Shown here one piece after another: positions 1-9,408 of a stretch of DNA of 64,000 bases (its first letter is position 1; each line of letters begins with the position of its first letter). The position numbers and the translations under genes were made by a program. A model generated the notes under the pieces. The model saw nothing but the letters and a program-made list of their open reading frames with translations, ran no database searches and was not told where the DNA came from. The stretch lies in assembly GCA_902519405.1 (NCBI GenBank), contig CABYJX010000001.1, positions 38,822 through 102,821 on the forward strand, given 5' to 3'. This DNA is from an uncultured Gammaproteobacteria bacterium (GTDB taxonomy: Bacteria; Pseudomonadota; Gammaproteobacteria; Pseudomonadales; Halieaceae).

Positions 1-435
1 TTACTGGTGGCGAGGCTCTTGCTAGAGAGTGGAGCTGACGTTCGATATGTAGGGACTGCTTGTCCAAGGACGGAATGGTCTGACCCAGATAGGGATTGGC
101 TCGAAAGTAAAGGTGTGCAGGTTCGCTATCGAGCATCGCTTGAAGATGATTTAGCTGCTATAGACGAATTTAGTCCGGATCTTGCTATAGGGACCACACC
201 TGTTGTTCAAAAAGCGAAAGAGCTAGCGCTACCTTCTCTGTATTTTACCAATTTGATTTCGGCACGTCCTCTCATGGGCCCCGCAGGAGCAGGTTCTCTG
301 GCTGAAGTAATCAATACGGCTGTAAGAGGCCGTGAACGTTTTGCCAGTATGGAAGCATTTTTTGAAGGCGTAGGCTCCGGCAATTCCGCAGGTGTTTGGG
401 AGCCACAAACAGCTCGTGTCAAGGAGGTCGCCTAG
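1..435 (+). CDS. bchY: Chlorophyllide a reductase subunit Y, C-terminal part (5' end lies outside the window)
   Basis: The frame is open from base 1 to TAG 433-435. The C-terminal sequence (...[35 protein letters not shown]...[10 protein letters not shown]...[21 protein letters not shown]) is nitrogenase-like BchY. bchZ follows immediately with a TAGTG stop/start overlap. Confidence 0.9.
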   Translation, partial: LLVARLLLESGADVRYVGTACPRTEWSDPDRDWLESKGVQVRYRASLEDDLAAIDEFSPDLAIGTTPVVQKAKELALPSLYFTNLISARPLMGPAGAGSLAEVINTAVRGRERFASMEAFFEGVGSGNSAGVWEPQTARVKEVA

Positions 436-1892
436 TGTTGGTGCTTGATCACGACCGAGCCGGAGGGTATTGGGGCTCAGTGTATGTGTTCACTGCGGTA
501 AAGGGTTTGCAGGTGATCATAGATGGACCTGTGGGATGTGAGAATTTGCCTGTCACCTCTGTTCTTCATTACACCGATGCATTACCACCACATGAATTAC
601 CTATTGTCGTTACCGGTCTTGCAGAAGAAGAATTGGGCCAGCACGGAACCGAAGGTGCGATGCGAAGAGCCCACAAGACACTAGATCCGACCATGCCGAG
701 TGTCGTGGTGACCGGTTCAATAGCTGAGATGATTGGTGGAGGTGTTACTCCAGAGGGTACAAACATCGAACGGTTTCTTCCAAGGACCATAGACGAGGAT
801 CAATGGCAAAGTGCTAATCGAGCAATGTCATGGTTATGGACTAGATTTGGGCCAAAGAAGGCAAAGAAGAAAGTTAAATCTAAGGTAGTTAAAGATCCAG
901 AAGCTAAGCCTAAGGTGAATATAATCGGCCCCATCTACGGTTGCTTTAATACTTGGTCTGACTTGGCAGAGATCAGGCGTTTAATAGAGGGAATCGGCGC
1001 TGAAGTTAATCTCGCTTTTCCCTTAGGATGCGAGCTGAAGGACATCCCTAAATTAGGCGATGCAGACGTGAATGTCTGTATGTATAGGGAGTACGGCCGT
1101 CTGTTATGTGAGACATTGGAAAAGCCCTACCTACAAGCACCGATCGGCTTACACAGCACAACAAAGTTTTTACAGAAGCTAGGCGAAATGCTGGACATTG
1201 ATCCTGAACCTTTTATAGAAAAAGAAAAGCACACGACAATAAAGCCTGTCTGGGATCTTTGGCGTTCGGTCACGCAGGATTTTTTTGGAACGGCAAGCTT
1301 CGGTATTGCTGCTACTGAGACCTATACGAGAGGCGTTCGAAACTTTCTTGAGGATGAGCTGGGGATGCCCTGCAATTTTTCTTTCTCTCGTTGCTCGGGA
1401 GTCAAGCCCGACAACGAAGCTGTCCGTGAAGCTGTTCAAAAAAATACTCCTTTAATTGTCTTCGGTAGTTACAACGAGCGCATGTATCTTTCAGAAATAG
1501 GTTCAAGAGCTGCTTATATACCGGCGTCTTTGCCGGGTGCGATTATAAGAAGACATACTGGGACTCCTTTTATGGGTTATGCGGGTGCCTGTTATTTGTT
1601 GCAGGAGGTTTGTAATAGCCTATTTGATGCTCTGTTTAATATTTTACCTCTTGGCACCGAGCTAGACGATGTAGCCGCAACCCCAGCTAAGCAATCGCTT
1701 TCTTGGGCAAATGAGGCGGAGGAAGCGCTGGATGAATATCTAGAGGACGAGCCTATCCTAGTAAGAATATCAGCGGCTAAGCGTTTGCGTGACGCTGCTG
1801 AGCAGAATGCTCGTGGAAACGGAGCTCAAGTGGTTGATATTGACCATATAAGAAAGGCAAGAAATAAACTAAGCGCTGGTGGTGCAGCGTGA
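435..1892 (+). CDS. bchZ: Chlorophyllide a reductase subunit Z
   Basis: Starting at GTG 435 gives [41 protein letters not shown], a typical BchZ N-terminus. AAGGAGG at 421-427 lies 7 nt upstream. The ATG at 396 in the ORF track would overlap bchY by 40 nt and looks like an artefactual extension. The C-terminal PCP-reductase-type tail resembles the one on BchB. Confidence 0.93.
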   Translation: MLVLDHDRAGGYWGSVYVFTAVKGLQVIIDGPVGCENLPVTSVLHYTDALPPHELPIVVTGLAEEELGQHGTEGAMRRAHKTLDPTMPSVVVTGSIAEMIGGGVTPEGTNIERFLPRTIDEDQWQSANRAMSWLWTRFGPKKAKKKVKSKVVKDPEAKPKVNIIGPIYGCFNTWSDLAEIRRLIEGIGAEVNLAFPLGCELKDIPKLGDADVNVCMYREYGRLLCETLEKPYLQAPIGLHSTTKFLQKLGEMLDIDPEPFIEKEKHTTIKPVWDLWRSVTQDFFGTASFGIAATETYTRGVRNFLEDELGMPCNFSFSRCSGVKPDNEAVREAVQKNTPLIVFGSYNERMYLSEIGSRAAYIPASLPGAIIRRHTGTPFMGYAGACYLLQEVCNSLFDALFNILPLGTELDDVAATPAKQSLSWANEAEEALDEYLEDEPILVRISAAKRLRDAAEQNARGNGAQVVDIDHIRKARNKLSAGGAA

Positions 1893-1947
1893 TTTTTATC
1901 GAATTATTAGAGGTGTAGTTTTACATGAGAAGAAGAAGGATGTTGTG

Positions 1948-2181
1948 ATGCTGAATCTATCGGAACAGGCTGTAGCTGAAACGCGGTTACCAAAACCGGA
2001 TGCGAATGCATTTAGAGTACTTATCGCCATGAGTGTGTTGTGTTTTTTGATTGTGGCGGTAATTAGTCGGCTGTTACCTCGGTCTTTGCGTCCACTGGGC
2101 GTAGGGCATGCGAGTGAATCCTGCTTGCAGGAAGCAAGGCGGACTGCACATACGGTAATACCTTACGCATTTATGCGCTGA
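1948..2181 (+). CDS. Small single-pass membrane protein in the pufQ position (PufQ-like, 77 aa)
   Basis: The internal ATG at 1948 is preceded by GAAGGA 7 nt upstream. There is one hydrophobic helix (FRVLIAMSVLCFLIVAVISRLL) followed by a basic/Cys-containing tail. Size, topology and position between bchZ and the puf structural genes match PufQ of Rhodobacter. Sequence similarity was judged only from memory. Confidence 0.45.
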   Translation: MLNLSEQAVAETRLPKPDANAFRVLIAMSVLCFLIVAVISRLLPRSLRPLGVGHASESCLQEARRTAHTVIPYAFMR

Positions 2182-2297
2182 GGTATTTTAGAAAAAGGGC
2201 CGTGGCATTTGCGCGGTCAGGGAGCGGCGCGTATTGCGTCACATAAAAGCATGAGTACAGGCTTGCGGGATTTGGAGACCTGTCGGAGGAGAACGAC

Positions 2298-3137
2298 ATG
2301 GGAATGTTGAGCTTCGAACAAAAGTATCGCGTAAGAGGGGGCACCCTTTTAGGCGGCGACTTGTTTGATTTTTGGGTAGGGAATTTTTACTGCGGTTTTT
2401 TTGGGGTTACTACGATATTTTTCGCGGCTCTTGGAACTGCGCTCATTGTGTATGGCGCATCAATGGGTGACACGTGGAATATTTGGCAGATAAGTATTAA
2501 TCCGCCTAGCATTTCATATGGGTTCGCCATAGCTCCGATGGAGGAAGGTGGTCTTTGGCAGATTATCACACTGTGTGCTATCGGAGCTTTTGTGTCCTGG
2601 GCGCTTCGGCAAGTAGAGATATCGAGGAAACTTGGGATGGGTTTGCATATTCCTATCGCGTTTAGTTTCGCTATATTGGCCTATTTGTCTTTGGTGTTGA
2701 TCAGACCAGTGCTTATGGGGGCGTGGGGATACGGTTTTCCGTACGGAATAATTACCCACCTAGATTGGGTATCTAATGTTGGCTATCAACACTTGGCTTT
2801 TCATTACAATCCGGCACATATGATTGCGATCACTTTCTTTTTTACCAACTGCTTCGCGCTTGCGATGCACGGATCGTTAATCTTAGCGGTAACCAATCCA
2901 TCCGATGGTGGAGCTATTAAGACTGCAGAGCACGAAAATAGTTTTTTTCGAGACAATATCGGATATTCAATCGGAGCTCTAGGGATTCATAGGCTAGGAA
3001 TGTTCTTGGCGGTATCAGCCGCTTTTTGGAGCGCCGTGTGTATCGTTATTAGTGGGCCCTTCTGGCAAGGTTCGTGGATAGCATGGTGGGACTGGTGGCT
3101 TGAGATGCCAATCTGGTCATTTCCATTCGCAGGGTGA
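2298..3137 (+). CDS. pufL: Photosynthetic reaction centre L subunit
   Basis: The N-terminus [28 protein letters not shown] is the hallmark PufL start. The protein has five TM segments, and GGAGGAG lies 6 nt upstream. Confidence 0.97.
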   Translation: MGMLSFEQKYRVRGGTLLGGDLFDFWVGNFYCGFFGVTTIFFAALGTALIVYGASMGDTWNIWQISINPPSISYGFAIAPMEEGGLWQIITLCAIGAFVSWALRQVEISRKLGMGLHIPIAFSFAILAYLSLVLIRPVLMGAWGYGFPYGIITHLDWVSNVGYQHLAFHYNPAHMIAITFFFTNCFALAMHGSLILAVTNPSDGGAIKTAEHENSFFRDNIGYSIGALGIHRLGMFLAVSAAFWSAVCIVISGPFWQGSWIAWWDWWLEMPIWSFPFAG

Positions 3138-3148
3138 GGTGAAAAACA

Positions 3149-4087
3149 ATGGCTGAATATCAAAATATATTTACACGAGTACAAGTTCGGGCACCGGAAT
3201 ACGTGGGCGTTCCATTAGATGATGATGTAGATCTGACAGAGGGTGAATCCTCGAGAACCCCAGTATTCGGACACTCATACTGGCTAGGTAAAATTGGCGA
3301 CGCCCAGCTTGGCCCAATCTATCTTGGATGGGCTGGTGTCGGGTCGCTAGTATGTTTTCTTGCTGCGTTTGAAATAATTGGTCTCAATATGTTGGCCTCG
3401 GTCGACTGGAGTATCAAGGAGTTTTTCCGTCAGTTCTTTTGGCTCACGTTAGATCCTCCACCAGCAAAATATGGTCTTGGATTTCCTCCGCTGAATGATG
3501 GGGGGTGGCATCTCTTGGCCGGTATGTTTCTTACTATTTCCGTTCTGCTTTGGTTGTGGCGAACATTCCAGCGTTCATGGGCCATGGGGATGGGGACTCA
3601 TCTGGCTTGGGCTTATGCAAGTGCGATCTGGTTATTCCTCGTCCTTGGGTTTATACGTCCCGTCATGGTAGGTAGTTGGAGCGAGGCAGTTCCCTACGGG
3701 ATTTTCTCTCACCTGGACTGGACCCAGAATTTCTCACTGAGATACGGAAATCTGTTCTATAACCCATTTCATATGTTGTCTATTGTCTTCCTGTACGGAT
3801 CGGCAGTTTTATTCGCCATGCACGGTGCCACAATCCTAGCAGTAAGCAGGTATGGAGGTGACAGAGAGATCGACCAAATCGTTGACCGCGGAACTGCGGC
3901 GGAGAGAAGCGCGTTATTTTGGCGCTGGTGCATGGGCTTCAATGCAAGCATGGAGTCTATTCATCGATGGGCTTGGTGGTTTGCCGTATTGACCGTCATC
4001 ACCGGAGGCATCGGAATACTGCTTACAGGTACCGCGGTTGATAATTGGTATCTTTGGGGTGTTAAGCACGGGCTGACACCGGGCTAA
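3149..4087 (+). CDS. pufM: Photosynthetic reaction centre M subunit
   Basis: The sequence [18 protein letters not shown]...[15 protein letters not shown] is a hallmark PufM N-terminus. The gene lies 11 nt downstream of pufL. Confidence 0.97.
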   Translation: MAEYQNIFTRVQVRAPEYVGVPLDDDVDLTEGESSRTPVFGHSYWLGKIGDAQLGPIYLGWAGVGSLVCFLAAFEIIGLNMLASVDWSIKEFFRQFFWLTLDPPPAKYGLGFPPLNDGGWHLLAGMFLTISVLLWLWRTFQRSWAMGMGTHLAWAYASAIWLFLVLGFIRPVMVGSWSEAVPYGIFSHLDWTQNFSLRYGNLFYNPFHMLSIVFLYGSAVLFAMHGATILAVSRYGGDREIDQIVDRGTAAERSALFWRWCMGFNASMESIHRWAWWFAVLTVITGGIGILLTGTAVDNWYLWGVKHGLTPG

Positions 4088-4423
4088 AGAGTGGATAAAA
4101 AAACTGATGTCAAGCAAGGAAGGAGGGTGACAATTCTGAGCCGGGTTTTTTGACCGGATACACAGATATAGCCACTCACAGCTTGATAATCAGCTCGGAT
4201 TAGAAAGATCCGATCCGAGTGAATGTTAGATAGATTTTAGGGTTATAGCTTTTTATAGCTTGACCCAGATGATTTTCGAGAAGTCTTAACCTATTTTTAG
4301 GTTGAGGTGACTGGGAATACCGGATGAAAGCGTTATTCGCATTTACTCCGGCTGGTGCGTCTTCTTTTCTGAAAGTTAGATTAGTAGACGCGTTGTTAAC
4401 GTTTGACATGGGAGGAATACACC

Positions 4424-4549
4424 ATGAGTCAACTGACCGACAGTGAAGCTAGGGAATTCCATAAGCTTTATAACCTCGGTTTCTGGCTATTTACGCTCGG
4501 AGCAACCGCGGCCCATTGGCTGATGTATACGTGGAAGCCCTGGTTCTAG
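4424..4549 (+). CDS. pufB: Light-harvesting 1 beta polypeptide (41 aa)
   Basis: Hand translation gives MSQLTDSEAREFHKLYNLGFWLFTLGATAAHWLMYTWKPWF. It carries the EAxEFH N-terminal motif and the BChl-binding His in AAHWLxxxWKPW. GGAGG lies at 4411-4415. The ORF is below the ORF-track cutoff. Confidence 0.9.
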   Translation: MSQLTDSEAREFHKLYNLGFWLFTLGATAAHWLMYTWKPWF

Positions 4550-4636
4550 AAATAGACAGATAACTAACAATTAAGGCGGTGAGTCGGCGGCCTAGAGATA
4601 GACGCCGGGAGCTGCCCATTAAATTGGAGATCTAAA

Positions 4637-4774
4637 ATGCACAAAATGTGGATGATTTTTGATCCTAGAAGAGTAATCATGGCTCTAGCGGGAATGATGT
4701 CAATTCTTGCTATCCTGATTCATTTCATTCTTCTCAGTTCGCCCCACTACAACTGGCTGCAGGGAGTGGGCTAG
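4637..4774 (+). CDS. pufA: Light-harvesting 1 alpha polypeptide (45 aa)
   Basis: Hand translation gives [45 protein letters not shown]. It has the IFDPRR motif, a TM helix with a His ligand and an xNWL tail. GGAG lies at 4626-4629. The ORF is below the ORF-track cutoff. Confidence 0.9.
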   Translation: MHKMWMIFDPRRVIMALAGMMSILAILIHFILLSSPHYNWLQGVG

Positions 4775-4800
4775 GGGGAGATCTGAAGGTCTAAACAATT

Positions 4801-4841
4801 CCCCGCTTGTTTCGCTGAGTTCAAATTAGCGAACGGTGGGG
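4801..4841 (+). terminator. Imperfect GC-rich hairpin just downstream of pufA
   Basis: CCCCGCTTGTTTCGCT ... AGCGAACGGTGGGG can pair over about 13 bp with a bulge. It lies 27 nt after the pufA stop and lacks a clear T-tract. Confidence 0.35.
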
Positions 4842-4903
4842 TCCCGAGAGGTACCGGGCATGGAGGCAGCGCATTTATTGCGTTTACCCTCTGACTAAGA
4901 TAC

Positions 4904-4937
4904 GCATCGAAACAGTATATGCCGACTGTTTCGGTGC
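4904..4937 (+). terminator. Stem-loop downstream of pufBA (terminator or mRNA-stabilising hairpin)
   Basis: GCATCGAAACAGT / ACTGTTTCGGTGC form a 13-bp stem with one G-U pair and an 8-nt loop. No U-tract follows, so intrinsic termination is uncertain. Confidence 0.45.
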
Positions 4938-5022
4938 CTATCTAGTTAGCCAGGACCTCTCATTTTCTTTACAGTGCTCATGATAATCATTCAAAGAAAC
5001 ACCTAGGCGTATCGGTTGAATA

Positions 5023-5580
5023 ATGGAAACTTCTCAGGATTCATTAATTTTAGTTAATTCGGATGACCAAGTCACTGGATTTGCCTCCAAAGAAGAGGCT
5101 CACCGGGGAAACGGTATTACTCACCGTGCTTTCTCTATTTTTCTCTTTGATGCAAATGATAATCTTCTATTACATGAACGAAGTCAGGAAAAACCGCTAT
5201 GGCCGGGATTTTGGACTAACAGCTGTTGTAGCCATCCTAGGCGAGGGGAAGATATCTTATCTGCAGCAAACCGGCGACTATATGAGGAACTTGGTGCAGG
5301 CGGTAATATTCAATATGTATACAAGTTTTGTTACAAGGCCAATTATTTAAATATCGGCTCCGAAAATGAAAATTGCTCTGTATTTTTAGCAAGACTAAGG
5401 CCGGGTGAGCAAGTAACTGTCAACGCTGATGAAATTTCGGATATTAAGTGGATGACACTATCTGATATAGATCAGTGGGTGAGCAGGGAGACCGCTTGCT
5501 TTACACCTTGGTTTCTTTTGGAATGGAAGTCACTGAGAGGGAAATATCTAGATCAGCTCGTTACCTTCCTGAAGCATTGA
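5023..5580 (+). CDS. idi: Isopentenyl-diphosphate delta-isomerase, type 1 (Nudix fold)
   Basis: The region HRAFSIFLFDANDNLLLHERSQEKPLWPGFWTNSCCSHP...RRLYEELG contains the WTNSxCxHP and Nudix-box features of type 1 IDI. The gene lies next to bchP, as in Rhodobacter photosynthesis clusters. Confidence 0.88.
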   Translation: METSQDSLILVNSDDQVTGFASKEEAHRGNGITHRAFSIFLFDANDNLLLHERSQEKPLWPGFWTNSCCSHPRRGEDILSAANRRLYEELGAGGNIQYVYKFCYKANYLNIGSENENCSVFLARLRPGEQVTVNADEISDIKWMTLSDIDQWVSRETACFTPWFLLEWKSLRGKYLDQLVTFLKH

Positions 5581-5630
5581 CCAATGTCGGATTTTTTTTG
5601 GGGTGAAGTTCTTGTCAAAATAAAAAATAT

Positions 5631-5903
5631 CTATCGATGTGCGGGTTCCTCTTTATCTTTAAGTCGTCTAAATAGCTCTAACAAATGCGCAATTAGAGCC
5701 AAAACGAGAGAGGCTGCAAGATACTCCCAAGTGGCCTGAACGATAACCATCCTTAGTGCAAGTATAAGCGCAGCACCAGCGCAAAAAAACGGCAAAAAAG
5801 AGTACGCGAATCTCCGGTCTCTTATAAAAAGGAAACTAAATTCAACGAAAAGTAAGCCCAGCATGAGATCCGTGAGCACGCTAGAATACATAAACTGTTG
5901 CAT
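5631..5903 (-). CDS. Small integral membrane protein (90 aa, about 3 TM), function unknown
   Basis: The ATG is only 3 nt downstream of the bchP stop on the same strand. Three hydrophobic segments are followed by a charged tail (RRLKDKEEPAHR). I recognised no family. Confidence 0.55.
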   Translation of the reverse strand: MQQFMYSSVLTDLMLGLLFVEFSFLFIRDRRFAYSFLPFFCAGAALILALRMVIVQATWEYLAASLVLALIAHLLELFRRLKDKEEPAHR

Positions 5904-5906
5904 GAA

Positions 5907-7103
5907 CTAGGCGCGTGCAAGCCCAAGTAATTGCGCTACATCTTTGAAAAAGATTCGGATATGTGCCAGAGGACGTGCACGCACTAATTCCTTGCGGGTA
6001 TATGCCTGCCAAGTTAGAAATTGAACGTCTGGATCTCGACACATTGCCACAAATTTCTCTCGTTTGGCATCAGTGGAGTACCAGAAGCGCTGTAATAATC
6101 CGAGAATCCAAAATACGCGGCCATGTAATTTCATAAATTTCTTTCGCGCAGTGAGCAGCGCTTTAGCATCGCCAGTCTCTAGGAAGCATTGAACCGCCTC
6201 CGCCGCGAGTCGTCCTCCAAGCATTGCATAATAGATTCCTTCCCCTGAAGCAGGGGCAACTACACCGCAGGCGTCCCCCGCTAATAGAACGTTGCGTCCA
6301 TCATCCCAACGCTTAAGCGGTTTTAAAGGAATCGGCGCGCCCTCGCATCGAACAGTCTCTGCGTCGTCGAGTTTCACGTCTTGACGGAGTTGACGGACCG
6401 CATCTGGCGCTGAGAAATCCTTCCTTTCGCTACCTACTCCGATACTGCAATGATCACCATGAGGAAAAACCCAAGCATAGAAATCTGGTGACAAACGACC
6501 TTGATACCAGACATCGCAGCGATTTCCATCGAAATTTTCTTTATCCGCATTATCTGGAGCTTGAACAATTTCATGATATGCCAAAACACACCGCAGTTTC
6601 TCAGCTCCTGGAACGGATTGCTTAGCAACACGAGATTTAGCTCCATCAGCCCCAATGACAGCGCGAGTCTCAACGCTCACTTCCTGTCCGTCCCCTCCTT
6701 TGTCAAGGTAGGTCAATAATACATTACCATTATCGAGCTGAGATAATCGCTTAAACACTGCAGTACGAACATCTGCACCTAGTGATTTGGCTCGTTCACG
6801 GAGCCAAGGATCAAATTTGTCTCTATCAACCATGCCCACATAGGTATTAGCGATTGGCATTAATACCCGCTCATCTTTCGGAGAAACCATCCTTGCTGAA
6901 CTGATCTTCGCAACTAGTAACTCGTCCGGGATATCAAAATCTTCAATTAAACGCGGAGGTATTGCTCCACCACAAGGCTTGATTCTAAAAGCTCTTTCTA
7001 GGAGAAGAACTTTGGCTCCTCCAGAGGCTAAATCCGCGGCGGCAGTAGCCCCAGCAGGACCACCGCCGACCACTACAGCATCAAAGCTCTCAACGTTTGA
7101 CAT
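5907..7103 (-). CDS. bchP: Geranylgeranyl diphosphate / geranylgeranyl-bacteriochlorophyllide reductase
   Basis: The N-terminal FAD fold FDAVVVGGGPAGATAAADLA is followed by RAFRIKPCGGAIPPRLIEDF, a ChlP/BchP signature. The gene sits in a bchG-pucC-bchP operon. Confidence 0.93.
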   Translation of the reverse strand: MSNVESFDAVVVGGGPAGATAAADLASGGAKVLLLERAFRIKPCGGAIPPRLIEDFDIPDELLVAKISSARMVSPKDERVLMPIANTYVGMVDRDKFDPWLRERAKSLGADVRTAVFKRLSQLDNGNVLLTYLDKGGDGQEVSVETRAVIGADGAKSRVAKQSVPGAEKLRCVLAYHEIVQAPDNADKENFDGNRCDVWYQGRLSPDFYAWVFPHGDHCSIGVGSERKDFSAPDAVRQLRQDVKLDDAETVRCEGAPIPLKPLKRWDDGRNVLLAGDACGVVAPASGEGIYYAMLGGRLAAEAVQCFLETGDAKALLTARKKFMKLHGRVFWILGLLQRFWYSTDAKREKFVAMCRDPDVQFLTWQAYTRKELVRARPLAHIRIFFKDVAQLLGLARA

Positions 7104-7104
7104 A

Positions 7105-8454
7105 TTACCTTCCTCCTAAAATTTCTACCGAAGCAATCTCACCAAAGGATGGAATTTCCCTGTCATTGGTGAGCTCGGGCGTTCTAACTCTTAAACCTAT
7201 AACGGCTGCAAGCAAAAATAACAAAGCTTCGATTGAGAAGACTAACCCATACACCGAAGCAAGCTCGGTAAATACTAGACGTGCCAAGTCTATCCCGACC
7301 GTACCTAAAAATCCTCCAAGACCAAAAGCGATCGCTTGAGCTGCTCCCCATAAACCCATTCGCAGTCCTTCTCTCCCGCTGGAGCCATGTCCGGCTAACA
7401 TCATCATCGATGCTATGGCTGCTACAGCGAATGCACCATTTGCAATCCCCAACACGAAAACGTTGGCATCCAAATGCCAGTTCACAGCATCAAAACCTCC
7501 CCCAGCAAGCCCTACGAGAGCAATAGCGGATGCAATACAGCCTCCCACAGTCCAGCGGCGGAGAGCTGCAATACCCGCTTTTTGTCCTAGGGTTGCCACT
7601 AATGCGACTATTAACATGCCAAGAAGTACACCCCCATGATGAACGCCAGATAGTTGCGTAGAAGCACCAGGGGACATCCCAAAAACAGCTCCTGCAAAAG
7701 GCTCGAGGATAAGGTCCTGAGTGCTATAGGCTAGCATTGAAAAAAATACAAACAGAGTAAATCGTCTGGCATCTTTCTCTCGCCACACTTCTTTTAAAGC
7801 GATCATGAAATCTGACTTTTTCGCTACTGGGGTTTCGTGTTTTTTATTTGCGAATGCTCTCTCTTCTAGATTCCAAACTGCTAGTAGAGTGACTGCTAGG
7901 GCTAAAATGGAAACTAGTGCAGTAATTAAAATTAGCTTCTGCAGTGAAAAGGGATCTAAATAATGACCAACGACGGTAGTGGTAACGACAAACCCTACTA
8001 TCATCATAACCCAGACTATGGTTGCAGCCGCGGGCTTTCGTCGTCTGTCTACAAGCTTTGCCAGCAACACTAGAAGCGAGGTCCCCGCTGCTCCTACGCC
8101 GATTCCGATTAATAGGAAGGCTACGAGTGACAATATAAAACCCCAGGTAGGGTGGATTGCCATCAGCATTGTTGCAGCGGATGCCCCCGTCGCCCCAATA
8201 CCTAAAGTCAGGATTCCACCAAGGATCCAGGGAGTTCTTCTGCCACCCATGTCTGATCCATAGCCCAGTCTGGGCCGAGATATCTGTACTGCATAATGTA
8301 AAGAAACAAGAAAGCCGGGAATCATCGCAGGTAATGCAAGCTCTACCACCATCACTCGATTAAGCGTAGAAGTGGTAAGGATAACGACGGACCCCAGAGC
8401 GGTTTGAACCAGACCTAACCTAAATATACCAAGCCAACTTAGACCTTCATTCAT
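7105..8454 (-). CDS. pucC: PucC/LhaA-family MFS protein (BCD family; light-harvesting assembly/BChl delivery)
   Basis: The protein has about 12 TM segments and the N-terminal LRLGLVQTALGSVVILTTSTLNRVMVVEL motif typical of the PucC family. The gene overlaps bchG by 4 nt and ends 1 nt before bchP. Confidence 0.85.
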   Translation of the reverse strand: MNEGLSWLGIFRLGLVQTALGSVVILTTSTLNRVMVVELALPAMIPGFLVSLHYAVQISRPRLGYGSDMGGRRTPWILGGILTLGIGATGASAATMLMAIHPTWGFILSLVAFLLIGIGVGAAGTSLLVLLAKLVDRRRKPAAATIVWVMMIVGFVVTTTVVGHYLDPFSLQKLILITALVSILALAVTLLAVWNLEERAFANKKHETPVAKKSDFMIALKEVWREKDARRFTLFVFFSMLAYSTQDLILEPFAGAVFGMSPGASTQLSGVHHGGVLLGMLIVALVATLGQKAGIAALRRWTVGGCIASAIALVGLAGGGFDAVNWHLDANVFVLGIANGAFAVAAIASMMMLAGHGSSGREGLRMGLWGAAQAIAFGLGGFLGTVGIDLARLVFTELASVYGLVFSIEALLFLLAAVIGLRVRTPELTNDREIPSFGEIASVEILGGR

Positions 8455-9359
8455 AAGGTCATGCCTCTAAGTGCCATCGCAGATATCATCATTCCGATAA
8501 CATACAAGGTTACGCCTGTGGCATTATACCAAGGAGCTAGACCTCTTGGGTCTCTCAACAGCTTTAACATTGCTAAAACCTGAAGCGTTAGTACCGAACT
8601 GACAAGCAAGGCGTGGGCATAGTGGTTCCATAGTAATAAAAAGAGAATTACACCGGCTTGAGCGAGGAACATTATTTGGCATGCTAGAACGGCAGAGCGC
8701 CTATATCCTAACTGTACAGGTAGCGATTTTATACCAAGTGCTAGATCTCCATCCATCGATTTAAAATCGTTTAATGTCATTATCCCGTGTGCTCCAACGC
8801 TATATAGGCCGGCCACAATTAAAACAGGGTAACTTGGCATCTCTCCTCCCAAAAGGACCGCACAGCCAGTCACCCATGCTAGCCCTTCATAGGAAATACC
8901 TACAGCGGCATTACCAGACCAGCCATTCATTTTAAGTCGTAAAGGTGGTGCGCTATAAATCCAAGCTAAAATTATTCCGGCGACAGTAGCTATGAGAACC
9001 CATGTGCCTAAGAGAGCGCTCCAAGCTAATGAAAGTAATGACCAAATCACCGCTATATAAAGTGCCCACGATCCAGGGACCCGACCAGATGGAATGGGCC
9101 GATCTGGCTCGTTTATCGCATCAACATCTCTGTCAAACCAGTCGTTTACGATTTGACTTGCTCCACAAACTAATGGACCAACTAAAAGGATTCCTAGTAT
9201 CAGGGTGAGAGGTTGCTCCAGTATCGGTGCGCCTGAGGAGACAGCGCCACAAGTGAACGCCCACATTGGTGGAAACCAAGTGATTGGCTTTAACAGCTGG
9301 AGCAACGCTAGCGCGTCCGGATATTGCCCTGACCGTAATATAAGAGTTGCACGTTGCAT
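8451..9359 (-). CDS. bchG: Bacteriochlorophyll a synthase (UbiA prenyltransferase family)
   Basis: The sequence LQLLKPITWFPPMWAF...NDWFDRDVDAINEPDRPIPSG contains the UbiA NDxxDxxxD motif in a ChlG/BchG context. Confidence 0.93.
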   Translation of the reverse strand: MQRATLILRSGQYPDALALLQLLKPITWFPPMWAFTCGAVSSGAPILEQPLTLILGILLVGPLVCGASQIVNDWFDRDVDAINEPDRPIPSGRVPGSWALYIAVIWSLLSLAWSALLGTWVLIATVAGIILAWIYSAPPLRLKMNGWSGNAAVGISYEGLAWVTGCAVLLGGEMPSYPVLIVAGLYSVGAHGIMTLNDFKSMDGDLALGIKSLPVQLGYRRSAVLACQIMFLAQAGVILFLLLWNHYAHALLVSSVLTLQVLAMLKLLRDPRGLAPWYNATGVTLYVIGMMISAMALRGMTL

Positions 9360-9388
9360 AATGGTAATATAGCTTTGACCCTACAGGG

Positions 9389-9406
9389 CGTCAAATAAAT
9401 TTGACA
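9389..9406. promoter_or_regulatory. Near-consensus PpsR/CrtJ-type box upstream of bchG
   Basis: CGTCAAATAAATTTGACA reads TGT-N12-ACG on the gene strand, one mismatch from TGT-N12-ACA. It contains perfect 7-bp inverted arms GTCAAAT/ATTTGAC. It sits in the 49-bp gap between the ppsR stop and the bchG start and is a single site only. Confidence 0.4.
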
Positions 9407-9408
9407 CT

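Noticed and set aside
396-434. An upstream ATG extension of bchZ in the ORF track. The same kind of 5' over-extension occurs at 18070 (bchL), 39139 (cytochrome c), 42253 (dehydrogenase), 42180-42365 (hydroxylase, minus strand), 58447 (carA) and 63737-63781 (yhbY).
   Set aside because: In each case a downstream start gives the canonical family N-terminus, has a better RBS or a stop/start overlap with the preceding gene, and removes an implausible overlap with a neighbour.
4391-4408. CGTTGTTAACGTTTGACA, a CGT-N12-ACA one-mismatch PpsR-like box 16 nt upstream of the pufB ATG.
   Set aside because: It is a single site with one mismatch and no partner box at 7-8 bp. Sites of this quality are expected by chance every few hundred bp, so it cannot be called on sequence alone. 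It is mentioned under the puf finding as a TTGACA-containing element.
4200-4409. A 69-aa minus-strand ORF in the pufM-pufB spacer, the only ORF-track entry there.
   Set aside because: It has no RBS and no recognisable family, and its composition is low in complexity (N/A/R-rich). It runs antisense through the region that should carry pufB expression signals. I treat it as non-coding.
4324-4446. A 40-codon plus-strand ORF (MKALFAFTPAGASSFLKV...) that ends inside pufB. I considered it as a pufK-like leader ORF.
   Set aside because: There is no convincing Shine-Dalgarno sequence and no similarity I can vouch for. A short ORF of this kind is expected by chance in 336 bp. It is worth checking only if ribosome profiling becomes available.
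7281-8363. Several plus-strand ORFs of 68-94 aa (7281, 7415, 7979, 8157) antisense to pucC. Similar shadow ORFs lie inside bchB/bchH (13263, 14031, 14389), ppsR (9512, 9929, 10184), carB (60204-61273) and elsewhere.
   Set aside because: All lie wholly inside long, well-supported genes on the opposite strand or in another frame. Their composition is typical of antisense translation (Pro/Ser/Ala/Arg-rich), and they have no RBS or family resemblance.
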